DNA from: Octopus vulgaris
Lineage: Eukaryota
Assembly: GCA_951406725.2 (NCBI GenBank)
Contig: OX597838.1
Coordinates: forward strand, 15,500,001-15,564,000
Direction of reading: 5' to 3'
Length of the DNA: 64,000 bases
In this document: piece after piece, positions 26,489-40,176 of the stretch
Numbering within the stretch: the stretch's first letter is position 1
How the letters are laid out: the number at the start of each line of letters is the position of its first letter
Notes under the pieces: model-generated
What the model was told of the DNA's origin: nothing
Databases searched by the model: none
Seen by the model: only the letters and a program-made list of their open reading frames with translations
Position numbers and translations under genes: made by a program

Positions 26489-26699
26489 CTTAGATCATAG
26501 AAGAAAGCAATGAATAATGCGATGAAGAAATTGGAACAAAATTTTATAGAGTATGAATAACTCATGAAAGATGTTTGTAAGAGTCTTGATGTAAACATGC
26601 CCGGATATACTGATGCCTATCCCAATTTAACATGCAACAGGTGTGGATATGTCTGGCAGGTATTAGACATTATCAGAGAAGCTACATACACAGGGAAGT

Positions 26700-27035
26700 G
26701 GTTAACTTTGCATTATACAGCATCTCTACTTGCAAGGAGTGTAGAAAATAATGTGCATCGGGAGACTGACTGAGACAGCATATGAAGGTTCACCAAGACA
26801 CTACTGCAAGATACTACAGCTGAGGAGAGACGGATTCAGTCAGCAGAACAGAAACGCCAGGTGTGGAAAGCCAGAGCCACCTGCACCAATAGCACAGCCC
26901 CTACCCACTTCTGCCCCACCTGTAGGAGGGGCTTCCTTGCCCGGATTGGCCTCACCAGCCACCTCCGGTCTCATAGCAGCAATTCCACCAAATGATGTCA
27001 ATGGTCATCTTCGAACCCAAAGGACGAACATTACT
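26700..27035 (+). mobile_element. RTE LINE 3' end with C2H2 zinc-finger remnant
   Basis: Frame ..THFCPTCRRGFLARIGLTSHLRSH..* followed by a short 3' UTR. Confidence 0.78.
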
Positions 27036-29430
27036 GCAAGAGATGCCCATATGGGTTGTGCAATTGATCAAACAACTGTATACTCATCATTGAAATACAT
27101 GACAGTTCTTTTACTTACTTTGTGTGTGTGTCTGTATGTTTGTATGTATGCGTATACATGTTTGTTTTGAATCTGTGCTTGTGGAAAGGTGTGTGAGTAA
27201 CAAAACCGCAGTTCAGCAAGAATATTTTATTGCTGGCCTTTGACCTAATGTAATTTAGTAATTGCTTCTTGTACTATTACTACTATTATTGAACTAGTGT
27301 AATGGTTGACTGTGTGGTGGTATTAATTTAAACATAATATTGTATCTGTGTGGTTAGAGTGTAATGTGTGTGTGTGTGTGTGTGTGTGTGGAAATGAGGG
27401 TACATGTACACATGTTTATGCACAGAGACAGGCACAATCTGGATATACACACAGGGAACAAAGAGAAGAGGGGACTTGATATAGGCTAATGAGGAACACT
27501 GATTAGATAAATTTTCATTTGTCAATAATGGTTTTTATGAAAGGCTGCAACATTCTCTTGTGAATGCTGGTAGGAGATAAGTCTTCATAACTGGGTAGCA
27601 GATAACTACTTTAAAGCGAGGAATGGTAACTGCAACCAAATAACCTATGATAATAAAGATTATCTTGCTGGCTTTTGGAAATTTATTAACAGAATTTTAA
27701 TATATGACAATAAAGGACATAATCTTAATAATTAAGTCAGAATAATGAATTTCTCAGATGAACACAAAGTACCTGTGGAGGCACGTGTCTTAAAGTGTGA
27801 TATGAAATCTTGGAAGCAATGTTATACAAGTAACTATAACTCATTTTACTCACACACACATGAGTGAGAGAGAATTTTAAAATAAAATGGGAAAATTTTT
27901 GTCATAAGTGTAAAGTTATTCTTATCAGGTCAAATCAACAAGAAATACTGACCTTTGCTTATATTTCACATTTACAATAAAAAGAATTCATACATTTAAT
28001 AAAGAAAAAGAACTGTTTTTCTTTTCTCTTCTACTGTTTGATTATTGATTCTCTCATTTCCTAATTGCATTTTTACTTAGGAAATTGTGTAGCATAAATT
28101 GTACTTTAAATATACATCAAATATATTTTGTCTTTGTGTTCATGCATGTTCTAGTTCTGTTGATATGATCATGGCTGCTTTTTTTTTTTTTTACAATGTT
28201 TCCTACAACAATTTTTAAATTAGTATGTGAAAACTGTTTAGTTAGGCTTGCTGTAGAGATTTGGATTTTTTGCTCCATATGGAGCATAAACCATCGATGA
28301 CTTTTCTCTACTGTTCTTGACTTTGTGCTGTCTTTTCTCGTCCAGTCGAATCCCTGCTTGTTCAACTCTGTCACAGTATCCTGCCTCCAGATATTTTTAG
28401 GGGATTGTCTTTTCTGTGCACCCCCTGTGGATTTACTGTGTCATATATTTCCCCAAGGAAAGGTTTTCCTGACCCAGGTTGGGTTGGTTTTATATTGTTG
28501 TTGATGCTTCTGTAACTTTGCCTTTTTTGAAAGTGGGAATGTTGGCCCTATGCAAGGAATGTTCCCTCTATACATGTGGGAAGAGGTGATCTGTTTAAGA
28601 TGTATTTTCCTTGATTGTTGTTTATTTCTTTCCCTAAATACCTGTGGTCTCTTCATTATTCCTAACATTGTTTACCTGATGGAACAAAAGCACATCAACC
28701 CCATTCTTATTCCTACTTCATCATTGTGTGGTCACTTGTAGGAAGAAGCATCCATCCCCGTGCTTAATTAGGGTTGATTTGGAGTGAATGAAAAAAACAA
28801 TGGCTCTGACAGATGAACCATTCCACAAATGCAGAAAGCATTAACATAAAAAATATTAGCCATTATTAGCAGCAATTTTGAGTCAGAATGAGAAACAATT
28901 CTTTCATGAGACTTAAACTGTATATAGCTATTGGTTGCTAGGCAATCGCATTGATGATTACAAAAGATTACACAACAAACAGCTTGCTTATGATTGATAC
29001 AGCAGTCTCCTATGAAGTGAAAAATATGTCTAATCCCTGCCAAGAGACCTGTTTCTCTTTACTGTCTCAAACTGGTTGTTGTTATGTTTAATATCACTTC
29101 ATGTTGAAAATCTTGGTGATTGATTCATTTGTACATTGATTCATGTGAGTATTGCTCATCATAAAAATTGAATCAAGGTGGTGGGACCTTACTGTATTGG
29201 ACATACAAGTATATAATACACTATTAGTTGTATCCGACATCGCCTAGGTTCATTAACTCTTAGTCACTTGTTTAAATTCTTCAAGGCAGTGCCCTAGAGT
29301 GACTGCAGTCTAATGATTGAAACAGCTAAAAATAAAAGGTGTGTGTGAGTCCAACCATCCCAGCAAGGACAACAGATGTTAAATGATGATGATATGCTTT
29401 TGTATGTATCTATACACATATACACACATA

Positions 29431-29572
29431 CAGGGTGGGCCAAAAGTCATGCACAAAATAAGTTCAATACATTCCAGAATTGTCAAAGACATGCTTCAAT
29501 TTTTCAAAAATTAAATAAAATGATTGAAATAATAATGAATATACATGTACTTGTATGTGATGAGCAAAATGA

Positions 29573-29609
<37 letters not shown>

Positions 29610-29673
29610 TAATAATAATTTATAACATAATGAAATGTCAAATGTTTTGGTGCATGACTTTTGGCCTACACTA
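29431..29673. mobile_element. Tc1/mariner-type MITE
   Basis: TIRs cagggtgggccaaaagtcatgcac / gtgcatgacttttggcctacacta, TA flanks. Confidence 0.8.
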
Positions 29674-29679
29674 TATTAA

Positions 29680-29903
29680 CCCTTTTGTTACCAACCCGGC
29701 TGAAACCGGCTCTGGCTCTTTAGTATAAATGTCTTGTTTTCATATAAGTTTTGAATTCAAATCTTCCACCAAATCTTAGTCACAATTTATGTTCCTAACA
29801 CTAGCTTAATGATAACTAAGTTATTTTACTTAAATTCTTTGTTATATTTAAAATAATTGGAAGAAACACAGAGCATCTCAAAATAAATACAGTAACGAAA
29901 GGG
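29680..29903. mobile_element. TTAA MITE family 1
   Basis: TTAA on both sides; TIRs cccttttgttac / gtaacgaaaggg. Confidence 0.88.
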
Positions 29904-30452
29904 TTAAAGCAATGAGAACATGAAGAACACCCAAAACAATATGACTATTCCTTAGCAGCTAGGACAACAGAAGAAGAAAATACTTTAGTCATTTTAACTA
30001 AAAATAATGTGAAACAAAATAAAGGGACCAATCCAACGCAGGAGGGAAAAAGATGAAATGCTGGTTGTTAGTCATAAGCAAAAGAAAAGCTTAGCAGGAG
30101 GAGGAGAGGTGAAGGAGGAGGAGAGGTGATTAAAGCAAGCAAATCACAAAATAGAAAAGGAAGGTGGGAGACCAGATTCCTGGAAGTGGAGGGGAAAAAG
30201 AAGGATGCTGGGAGAGAGGAAGTTGACAGAAAGGAAATGGATCAAGAGAGTTGACAGATTAAAAGAAAAAGTCAGAAACGGCAAAATGGCAAGGTGGGTG
30301 GGAAAATATGAGAGAGTGGGGATAGGAAGGGATGTCATAGTATAATTAACAAAATAACGACAGCATAGAAAAGGGACTGTATGTTGCTTGCATCGATATG
30401 TAAGTGGGAGAAATTAGACATAAATGATGGGAATGCATATTTGCTTTAACAT

Positions 30453-30499
<47 letters not shown>

Positions 30500-30719
30500 G
30501 ATCATCATCATCATCCTTTAACGTCTGTTTTACTAGAGCTGGCAAGCAGGAGATTTGGTTTGATTTCTACAGCTTGATGCCCTTCCTAATGCCAAACACT
30601 TTACAGTGTGTGCCAGGTGCTTTTAACATGGCACAAGCACTATCACATGGTGCCTGCATGAATGTACTAGGGCAGGATCTTGCAGGCCAATCTTCTCCAT
30701 CAGGAGGGACTGGCATTAA

Positions 30720-30965
30720 TGTTAGTTAGTTAGTTAGTTAATTTGGCTCAAAAGCAAATAGTAAGGCCATGTAGGGGGATATGGAGTTAAGTACAGGGTG
30801 GTGTTCATGTAAAGAGTTCAGGCCACTTGAGGTCCAGGGAGGCTTTGAACAAAGCGGTCGTCGGCATCTTCACCATCTCGTCTGGCAGCTTGTTCCACGG
30901 ATCCGCAACCCGGACGGAGAAAGCTCCTCTCCTTCGATGCTTCTGTTGTGGAAGATAGGACTTCT
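30720..30965 (-). mobile_element. CR1-clade LINE 3' end
   Basis: RRGAFSVRVADPWNKLP..FKASLD resembles the CR1 C-terminal motif; (TAAC)n tail. Confidence 0.82.
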
Positions 30966-30987
30966 TGAGTGTGTGTGTGTGTGTGTA

Positions 30988-31043
<56 letters not shown>

Positions 31044-32556
31044 GGGGTGCTGAAAAGTTTCTGGCTTTAAGTAAAAGAAACTGCAGGAGAATCAGTTAAT
31101 TATTGCAGCAGTCCTTGTTGACCCAAGACTATAGTAGAAGACACTTGGCCAAGATGCCATGCAGTGGAACTGAACCTAGAAGCAAGCTTCTTCCCACACA
31201 GCCATGCCTGTGCATATATATAAAGTTAATGAAAAAAGCAATTGCCCACTTTGGCATTGCTTTTAGTACAACCTTCTTGTGTGTGTGTGTGTGTGTGTAT
31301 ACACAAACAAACACACTCTAATCCCTGTTCTATTATTATTATTAGTAATTCTCTATATTGTATTTGACACTGTAGCAGTTAGACATTTTAGTCCGGTGAT
31401 CTTTCTTTGACCTTTTATTATGTATTATGGTTTGATATCAAAGTGATGTCTCCAAAATATACAACACCACATCTTCCTTATTATAGCACTGCCTTCCTAA
31501 TTTCTGAGCCAGCGCACAGCAACTTAACATGTGATGTATAACCCCTAAAACTTAACACCGCTCCCTTAACTTTCTAGGGGACACGAGTCCTATTTATACA
31601 ATTTAATAGCGAACAAGAGTGGTAAATAAGTGAGCAAACAACTTGTCACTCAACCTGCTAGAAATGTCAGTCAAATCACCATCAAATCACACTTAAGGAT
31701 GAGTATATTGTTTTAGATACACTCTGAAAATGATATGGCCATAGCCAAAGTCTTTGATGCTAGTTCTGCTTGGTCAGGACTGACCTAGGGCTACAAAAAA
31801 AACACGTGCCACATTACTCAAGCTAATAAAGAGGCCTCTCTTCAGCCTGCTAGAAACAACAGCTAAGTTTCCCTCCATCTGCATTATGCCATCGTAAACA
31901 TTATTAGGTAATGCAGTCCAGGATACATTTCTTGAATAAAAAGACTGATCACCATTACTGGAACGTCTTTGGATATATATAGGTCTGCTGGCTGGATCTG
32001 AGCTGACCTCAGTAACATTTTTTCCCCACTGCTTTTGCAGATTCCCGTGACTCACTGTCGCCATCCAATTCTATTATTACGAATTTGAATTGTGAGCTTG
32101 AGTCAAGGAATCTTTCATTAGCTGATTGCACAACCACGAATGCTCCCCCCCCCCTCCACACACACACACACACACACACTATGGATGCATTGCAATTACT
32201 CTCTTGACAGAGCTTGCTGATTTTGTCTGTTGATCTTCTAGGATTCCTCTGCTCAGCATCAATGTAAGAATCACTGTTGGCTCAGTTGAGCTCTTCTGCT
32301 ACCTCTTCACAATCCACCATGCTGCAGTCCCATGGCTTCACCATATCCCTGGCAGGGTATCTGAATGGGTGCTGTGCCTTGCCAAAGAGCAGCCTGTAGT
32401 TATGCAGGGCAGGTTTGTCACCCTGTGAGATATTTTCAAAATACTTGCATACCATTATGTTAGTAAATCAATTATGAAATTTCATGACAATCAGCCTGAG
32501 ATGAGTAATAATTTCATGATTTCTGTCTTTATTCTCATCAAAATTTCATCATACAC

Positions 32557-32718
32557 GCAGGAGTGGCTGTGTGGTAAGTAGCTTGCTAACCAACCACATG
32601 GTTCTGGGTTCAGTCCCACTGCGTGGCATCTTGGGCAAGTGTCTTCTGCTATAGCCCCGGGCCGACCAATGCCTTGTGAGTGGATTTGGTAGACGGAAAC
32701 TGAAAGAAGCCGGTCGTA

Positions 32719-32775
<57 letters not shown>

Positions 32776-32978
32776 TTGTGTGTCTGTGTTTGTCCCCCTA
32801 GCATTGCTTGACAACCGATGCCCGTGTGTTTACGTCCCCGTCACTTAGCGGTTCGGCAAAAGAGACCGATAGAATAAGTACTGGGCTTACAAAGAATAAG
32901 TCCCGGGGTCGATTTGCTCAGCTAAAGGCGGTGCTCCAGCATGGCCGCAGTCAAATGACTGAAACAAGTAAAAGAGTA
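32557..32978 (+). mobile_element. tRNA-derived SINE family B, full length with internal (TA)n/(TG)n
   Basis: tggctgtgtgg A-box-like, ggttcagtccc B-box-like; about ten related copies in the window. Confidence 0.88.
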
Positions 32979-33524
32979 TACTACAAAAGGATTGTCTTTA
33001 CTATTTTTTCTCAGCCATCTTGTGATTAAATTTTGGCTGTTTGCCGTAGAGAACAGTCTTTTGTTGACTGGTGATAAGCCTCCTATCTTGTTGGTGTTGT
33101 TTGACCTGCTCCTAATTGGGTCTTGATACAGTCAAAATATGAATGTTGGGAAACATTCAAACAATGTTTCCCATACTTTATTATTTTGGACCTGGTCAAC
33201 CATGGTTTTCTCAAATTTATGATTAAATATGTTTCAGCTGTAACTTTTCTGTGTTTTTGTATATCTAGGGCTACATTGTCTAGTGTACCCTTTGCTGTAA
33301 AGGAAGTTTAGCTACTGTTTCTAGCATGTTGAGTGACTGTGCAATGACTCTCTTGTTAGCTTATTTATTGTATGTCTTTCATGTAACTGTTGGTGGTCAT
33401 GGTAGTAGTATTATATATATGTCTTCTGTGGTGGCTGTTACAGTTGTTGTATGTAGATCTTTTAGGTTACACGGCTGTAGTTGGTATGGAGTTTCAAAAC
33501 ATTAAGCCGATAATGTACCGATAA

Positions 33525-33790
33525 AAAATTGCTATTAAAATCTGTTCTCTATAAAAGTAACTGCTGGAGAACTGTGCTTTACAATTACTGTTGAAAGGTC
33601 TGCTTAAATAGTAACTGCAAGGAAAAAAAAGAAAAAAATAGTTTGCAATGGTTGTACAGAAAATTGCAGTTTTAATGCAGTTAGTGAAAATGTGCACTTT
33701 TATGAAGCTGCTGGAAGACCACTTTTACAACGGCTGCTGAAAATTGCACTTTTATAACATGCTGAAAAACTGCCAATGAAATGCACTTTT
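33525..33790. repeat. Degenerate ~30-bp tandem repeat
   Basis: Recurrent ctgctgaaaattgcactttt-like units. Confidence 0.6.
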
Positions 33791-33837
33791 GGTTATTAAG
33801 AAAACTATATTTGTATGGCTTAATATAAATGTCTAAA

Positions 33838-34070
33838 CCCTTTTGTTACCATATTTCTGGAGAGATGCTCTGTGTTTTTTTTTTTTTTTTTTAAATTAAT
33901 TTTAAATATAACAAAGAATTTAATAAAATAACTTGGTTATCATTCAGCTAGTGTTAGGAACATAAATTGTGACTAAGGTTTGGTGGAAGATTTTAATTCA
34001 GATCTTTCGCAAACAAGACATCTGTACTACTGAGCCAGAGGTGGTTTCAGGTGGGTTGGTATCAAAAAGG
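33838..34070. mobile_element. TTAA MITE family 1, ending ~50 nt before an exon acceptor
   Basis: Homologous to 288-472; right flank ttaa. Confidence 0.8.
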
Positions 34071-34122
34071 TTAAAGGTTGCACATGTTTACATTTTTTTC
34101 TCTTTTTTTTTCTTTTCTGCAG

Positions 34123-34254
34123 GCCACCATCCAAAGTAAGGTCATCTGCCTCCCTTGTAGAGAATTCACTTTTAGAAAGTGAAGTGTCTGTGTTAGCCAC
34201 ACTTGACTTCCTGTCTACAGATAATGTTGTGGAAATTGAAGACGACAATTTAAG
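34123..34254 (+). CDS. STRN3: Striatin exon: (R)PPSKVRSSASLVENSLLESEVSVLATLDFLSTDNVVEIEDDNL
   Basis: Long poly-T tract + tgcag acceptor, gtactg donor; 132 nt, phase 2 to 2, no stop; SVL.T..FL resembles the striatin linker motif. Confidence 0.88.
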
Positions 34255-34351
34255 GTACTGTACATCAATACAAATGAACATGAGTCTCTCTCTCTCTCCC
34301 TCTTTCTCTCTCTCTCTCTCTAAATTGCTTAGCTAGCTCTTTTGTCTAAAC

Positions 34352-34611
34352 CAGTGGTTCTCAACCAAAGTCCTCATGACCCTTGGGGGTCTATATATAA
34401 GATTTTGATATTAAAATTTATATGCAACAAATTTGCTTATACTTGTACAATACACAAAATAGTTTAACAATTGTTTTTAACACAGTTGTTAATGACCATT
34501 TCATTATAAAAACAATAGAATTTTTTAAAACATTGAATGGCTTTTAGGATCCACCCAAATAAAATAGGAATCGGAGGGGGGCCACCGACAAAAGATGGTT
34601 GAGAACCACTG
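34352..34611. mobile_element. hAT-type MITE
   Basis: Perfect 15-bp TIRs cagtggttctcaacc / ggttgagaaccactg. Confidence 0.82.
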
Positions 34612-36257
34612 ATCTACCACTATTTTCTCTCACCAGACAAACAGTATTCTTTCATTTCAAGGTGTATTATGTAGCTGCATATGGTGTTTATGATCTGCCT
34701 CTGTTGTACTGCTGTCTTTGAATGGATATCAAAAATGCTAATTAAACTATTCCACTTCATTTCAATCATTTACACTATTACTGTTAATTAGAAATTAATG
34801 AACAAGTAGTGACTAATAAAATTATAATTTTTGTTGGGGTTAGTGTCCTCATCTTTTGAGAAAAAAGATTTTTTTTTCTGTATATTCAACTACCAATCCT
34901 TTGTGAAGGAAATCTGGTACATAGTAGTGTTTCCAAGTGAGGTAGTTTTCCATTCTATTGTTCCTTACACAGTGCTGATTGAAACTATGGGACTGTCATC
35001 AACTGAAGACTGTAAAGAAAGACACTTTTTCTTCCCAATTTTTGCTAAAAGGGTATTAATGAAATATGTGGAATGACTTGTACACTAAGATGATAGACTT
35101 CTTCTCTGTTCCCACATACCAGTTCTCATCTGAAAGCATTTCTTTTGTCAACAAAAATTGCTTGCTGACTTTATGTCTTCTAAATCATGTTAAAATAAGA
35201 GAGCGATTCCTTACTTGAAAAACTTGTAATGGTTAACATCAGGAAGTAAAACAATACTTCACTAACTTATCTTACCCATACTAGCAGAGAAAAGCAGATA
35301 TAAAATGAATGAATATGAACAAAGATGTGTATATTAATTTCATCATGTTTCTGCACACTAGAATTTGAGAGGTATTTGCTGTAGGATTTTGTCATGGAGA
35401 AAAATTTCTCTCTATATTCATTTCATTTGAAAACATCAAACTGAGCTCCAAACAGCAGTGAACTCAGTGTTTCAGCATGATTTTATCTCCTCAGTAGCAG
35501 ACACTGTCTTGGTCAAGTGGAGCTGATTTTAAGCCTGAACTTCTGGCCTTATATATTAGAAACAGAAATCAATACATTTACTGGTATGTATGTGCATATG
35601 TGTTGAGGTATGCCAAGCTGGAAATAGTTTAGTATAAGCACACACACACACACACACACACACCTTCATGATACCAAATTGACTGGGATTTCAATTTGAA
35701 CAGGCTGTTAAGGCAAAACTTGAAGTCCCAGTCATTTCAGTATTATCAGTAAATTATACTCTACTAAATGTATAGAGTCTTACCACCAGTGAATGTTTTA
35801 TTGTTTTCTACAAGCTGATTAATAATATAGTGTGTGTATAGATAGTAGATAGATATACTCACTTTCATCCAAAACCACATCTGTAACCCATACACACATC
35901 AAATCAACACTCCAATCTCTTCTTTGGATTAATTTTTATTGACAGAGACTGTTATCATTTTCTTTGGATTTTGTTCTATGTTGAAACTGTTATGACAGCA
36001 AGTGAGTGTATATACAGTGATAGGAATAAAGAAGGGAAGTGAAAATACACCAACAGAGTGCAGTAGTGTCTTCCATCACACTGCACTGGTGTATCCTATC
36101 CCTCTTCGGTGTTCCTATCGTATGTGTGCAATAAAAGGGGACTGTTTCCTCTCCCACTGTCTCACTGAATTTCCCCCACCATCTTTCCACTATTTATTTA
36201 ATTTTTTTTATTTATATATCATTCCATTAACTTTTGTTTCTTTACTTTTACTTCCAG

Positions 36258-36330
36258 TGATGAGAATGAAGATGGCATTTCTGCCGATGATGAATCTGAA
36301 GAAAGAGCAGAAAAACAGAGGAAGTTTAAG
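36258..36330 (+). CDS. STRN3: Striatin exon, acidic linker: (S)DENEDGISADDESEERAEKQRKFK
   Basis: cttccag acceptor; aag|gtccga donor (weak); 73 nt, phase 2 to 0. Needed to reconcile the phase between 34254 and 40498. Confidence 0.82.
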
Positions 36331-36595
36331 GTCCGATACATTTTCAGAATGAAGAAAAAAATTTTAAAGAAAAAACAAAACAAAAAACAAGCAAAAATTA
36401 TCTCTTTTTGAAAACTAGTTAATTTTGTTCATTTGTTTTAATTGTTTGTTCCTTTAATTAGTTTTGAAGTGATTTTAAGTAATGTTGTACGACATGAAGA
36501 AATGTTGTACGACATGAAGAAATAATGTCGTATAATTATCTTCTGTTGTGAAAATTTATGGACATTTTGATGTCCTACCTTTGGTGTTAGTTGAA

Positions 36596-36950
36596 GCGAC
36601 TGGCTAACTGGTGTTACACTCACCCACACTGGCTAATTGGAGTTCCACTCACTCCCACTTGCTTGCTGGTGTTACACTCTTACCTACTGGCTAACTGCTG
36701 TTAAACTCATATTGACTGTTTAACTCATGTTACATTCACTTTAAGTGGCTAACTGGTGTTACAGTGATGCCAATGGACTAACTGAAGTTACACCCATGCA
36801 ACTAGCTTACTGGGGTTATACTCTCCCTGATTGGTTGACTAGTGTTACACTCACTCTGACTGGCTTGTTGGTGTTACACTTACTTGCTTCAACTGGTTTG
36901 GTGGTGTTACACTAATTGCAATTGGTTTATTGGTGTCACAACAGCTCCAC
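36596..36950. repeat. ~29-bp minisatellite, about 12 degenerate units
   Basis: Consensus approx. actggctaactggtgttacactcacccac. Confidence 0.85.
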
Positions 36951-38975
36951 TAATAGTCAGTGTTGTATGACTGGTAAAGTCTAACAATACTTGCAACCTG
37001 CATCTGTTTTAAAATAGCTCTTCCCTGTCACATATGACTGAATATGTTATCATCTGTGTGTGTGGGTGGGAGGAAGAGAATAGTTTTATAATGTCTAAGA
37101 AGACGGTTAAAAACAATTGATAAGTAACAATTTCATTTAGAAGCATAAATAAAATATTGCTTTAGTATTTTTTTTTATTACCATTACTGCAAAAGCACCA
37201 GTAGTGCTGTTTAGTAAGTTCACTGCTTCATCTACAACCTCAAGTCCATTGCTTGAATGAAATGACAAATATGATATAAAAACATCTTTGATTAAAATTT
37301 AGATATTTCAATTGTATGTAGATTGAGCTGGGTGGCCCCTCCTCCCCCAGCAGTGCTAAACACTTTATATCTTATGGCCTTACAAATCTACAGACATCTC
37401 AAAATAATTAAAAGGAATATGTTTTCCTTATTTATAAAACCATCTGGTATAACTTTTTTTTATCTAGAAGCCCTAATGCATAATATAGATTAGAGCCCCA
37501 CCAAATCTAAATTTAGCACTCCAACCCCCTTGGTGTATCATTGGAACTCGACAAGCTGATGAGGCAGTCAGTGTCTGCAAGATCAAGCAGCTTGCTAGGA
37601 ATAGGTTGACTATATGTTAACCAAGCTTTTAGATATGGCAGCAACCATCCTTCCAGATATGGCAGCAAAATCTTCAAATTCTCTCCAACTGTATTAAAAA
37701 GAAAAGGACACGTGAGATAAAGCAATTCCAGATACACTTTCTAAATAAAAGATAGGATGGTCATGACTGGAATGTCTTTATACAAAGCTTTTGCTGGATT
37801 AAGCTAGGCAACAACTATAACAAAAAAACTGGTTCTTGTTATAGTGATCTAAGATAAATCTCTCTCTCTTGGAAAATTGAACTATTTAACATCAAAAATT
37901 GTAATAAGGGATTGAATTCGACTTAACCAAATTATAATTGTATTTAATTGGATGGAAAAGTTAAAAAATAAAGCAGCAGTGTCTGCTGGTACCTGGGCTT
38001 GAACCTAATTTTCTAGTTGTCCAAATTCTACTTTTCAACCATTACTCAAATTTCCATATCTGCTATTGATTAGGCCATGCTAACACTCAGAAGTAATTTG
38101 TCCAATATTTACCTATTTATACATAAGAACTCTAATTGTAGAACAAGGTGAGCTGGGAAGCTTTTTATTTTCTAACTGGAGTTCAGTTTGGCTTTTTTTG
38201 TACTGGAGTTCAGTACATTATCTATTGGACCATACTAAAGTATCTAGTTAACCTATCTAATCTTTGTTGATATAGCACTCTGACAGTAATTGTTAGTTTG
38301 ACATAACTGTACAAGACTGGTTGGCCAACTGGAGATTTTCATTACTTTATCAGATGGCTAAGCTAGATATTTTGATCATCTAGTCATTTTTATGTTTATT
38401 CCATGATTTGATACCTAACAAAGTTATGTAGCCACATAGCTAGCTGACCAATAGTTTGACCGGTTTTGTATAGCCTCGTTATTGACAACTAACTGGACCT
38501 TTGCTCAATAATTGACCAATTAGATATGTTCACTTCAAATGTTCAACTGTCATTTATAATCAGAAAAGTAAGGAATAAGCCACTTTCAAATTGTGGTTTG
38601 ATTTTTGTAGTGTTGCTGCCAGTTAAACACTTGTTGATTTGCAACTGGTTATAGTCTATTTTATAGTTTGGACATATTCTACATTATAATGCAAATATTT
38701 CTTTTATTTTCTGGACACTCTTTAGTTTATGTTCTCCTTTATAGCCAGGATATTTTCAGTTTTTAACCTTCAGTAGACTGATAAATACCAAATGGTTACA
38801 TCAGTGACCTGATAATCTATCCAGTTATGACACATCTGCAATGAGAGCTGACTGAGTGGACACATATAGTCCCTGATAGCTGATCAACTGAGTACATGTT
38901 TGGTCTGATAATCAGCAGAGGTTTCTCTACTCTGTTGGTCTGGTAGCTGACTATCTGTGCATTTTTCTACTTCAG

Positions 38976-39023
38976 AAACAAGTTAGTCAGGGGTTCAGAG
39001 GAAGCGACTCTTTTCCTTGGATG
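38976..39023 (+). CDS. Candidate alternative cassette exon KQVSQGFRGSDSFPWM
   Basis: gctgac branch-like motif, pyrimidine tract, ttcag acceptor, atg|gtaaaa donor; 48 nt, phase 0 to 0, stop-free, in a phase-0 intron. No homology support. Confidence 0.5.
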
Positions 39024-40113
39024 GTAAAATACTGATGTGGACAATACCTTGTCCCTCTAACGGAATAACTGGTATCGCCTAGGAAACCTGATTTAGTGGC
39101 CAATTTCTTGAAAAGTAATCATTGTAATGGTGCTTAAATGTATTGACACATGTGATGTTCATATTATTGGTAACAGAGATATATGGTTTAAAAAAACCCA
39201 CAAAAAACCCTGTAAAACTAAATGTAAGGATATTAATATCTCAAACAGCAGAATTAAGCCACTGTCCAAGAAAGGGGACATAATGTGTGACTTTTTTTTT
39301 ATAGGATTAACAAATATTTTAGAATAGAATTCAAACAACTTGAGAGTTTAAGTAACGGCATATGTCTATCATTTCCGACAATGCACAAGGAATTATGATA
39401 ATCTTTGTCGTGACTGACTTTAACCACCCCGGGTGGTTCTAACACTTATCAAGAGGCTTCTGTCACCCAGGTCCCCACTTGGTCAGAGGAAAGGTAAAGC
39501 CAGCATGACTGAGAGACCACCAGGTGCAGAGGTTACCAGAAGAGTCAGTAATGCTAAACTCAAAACCTTTTGTAGTTTGATGGCTGACTATTGACTCCTT
39601 ATTGAGTTAATTCCCCCTTGTCACCAAATATATATTTTTTTCTTTATGTCCATCATTGTTCATATGCATGGGTGAGACCCTAGGGAAGTGTTACCAGTTC
39701 AGTCACCAAAGGCCTGATTATTGGTTTATATAATTACTAGCAGCAGATCTTTTTTTTTTTTGTATTTTATCTTGCCTGACACAAAATGGGTGTATAGTTC
39801 CAAAGAAACACTATAAAAATACAATATGAGACGGAATAATATCTGCTTTTGTAGGTTTTTATTTGCAATGTACCAGGTTTAGCCAACTTTTGTTCCAATA
39901 CCTAGTATTGGGTTAAAATCCTTAGCTAAATACTGGGGGAAATCTCAGACTTATTTGAAACTGCGCAATTTGTAGGATAATACAATTATATATATTCACT
40001 ACTTCTTGACTAATCTTAAACTTTACGATATTGTTTTTATTTTAATTTATCATTATTATTATTAGTGTTTTTATTTTAATTCATTATTATTGTTGTTTTT
40101 ATTTTAATATATC

Positions 40114-40175
<62 letters not shown>

Positions 40176-40176
<1 letters not shown>

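Noticed and set aside
36596-36950. CRISPR-like periodic array
   Set aside because: Contiguous degenerate units with no unique spacers; eukaryotic intron; no cas genes.
37555-37590. CTGATGA followed by a small stem
   Set aside because: No GAAA, stem III or cleavage triplet.
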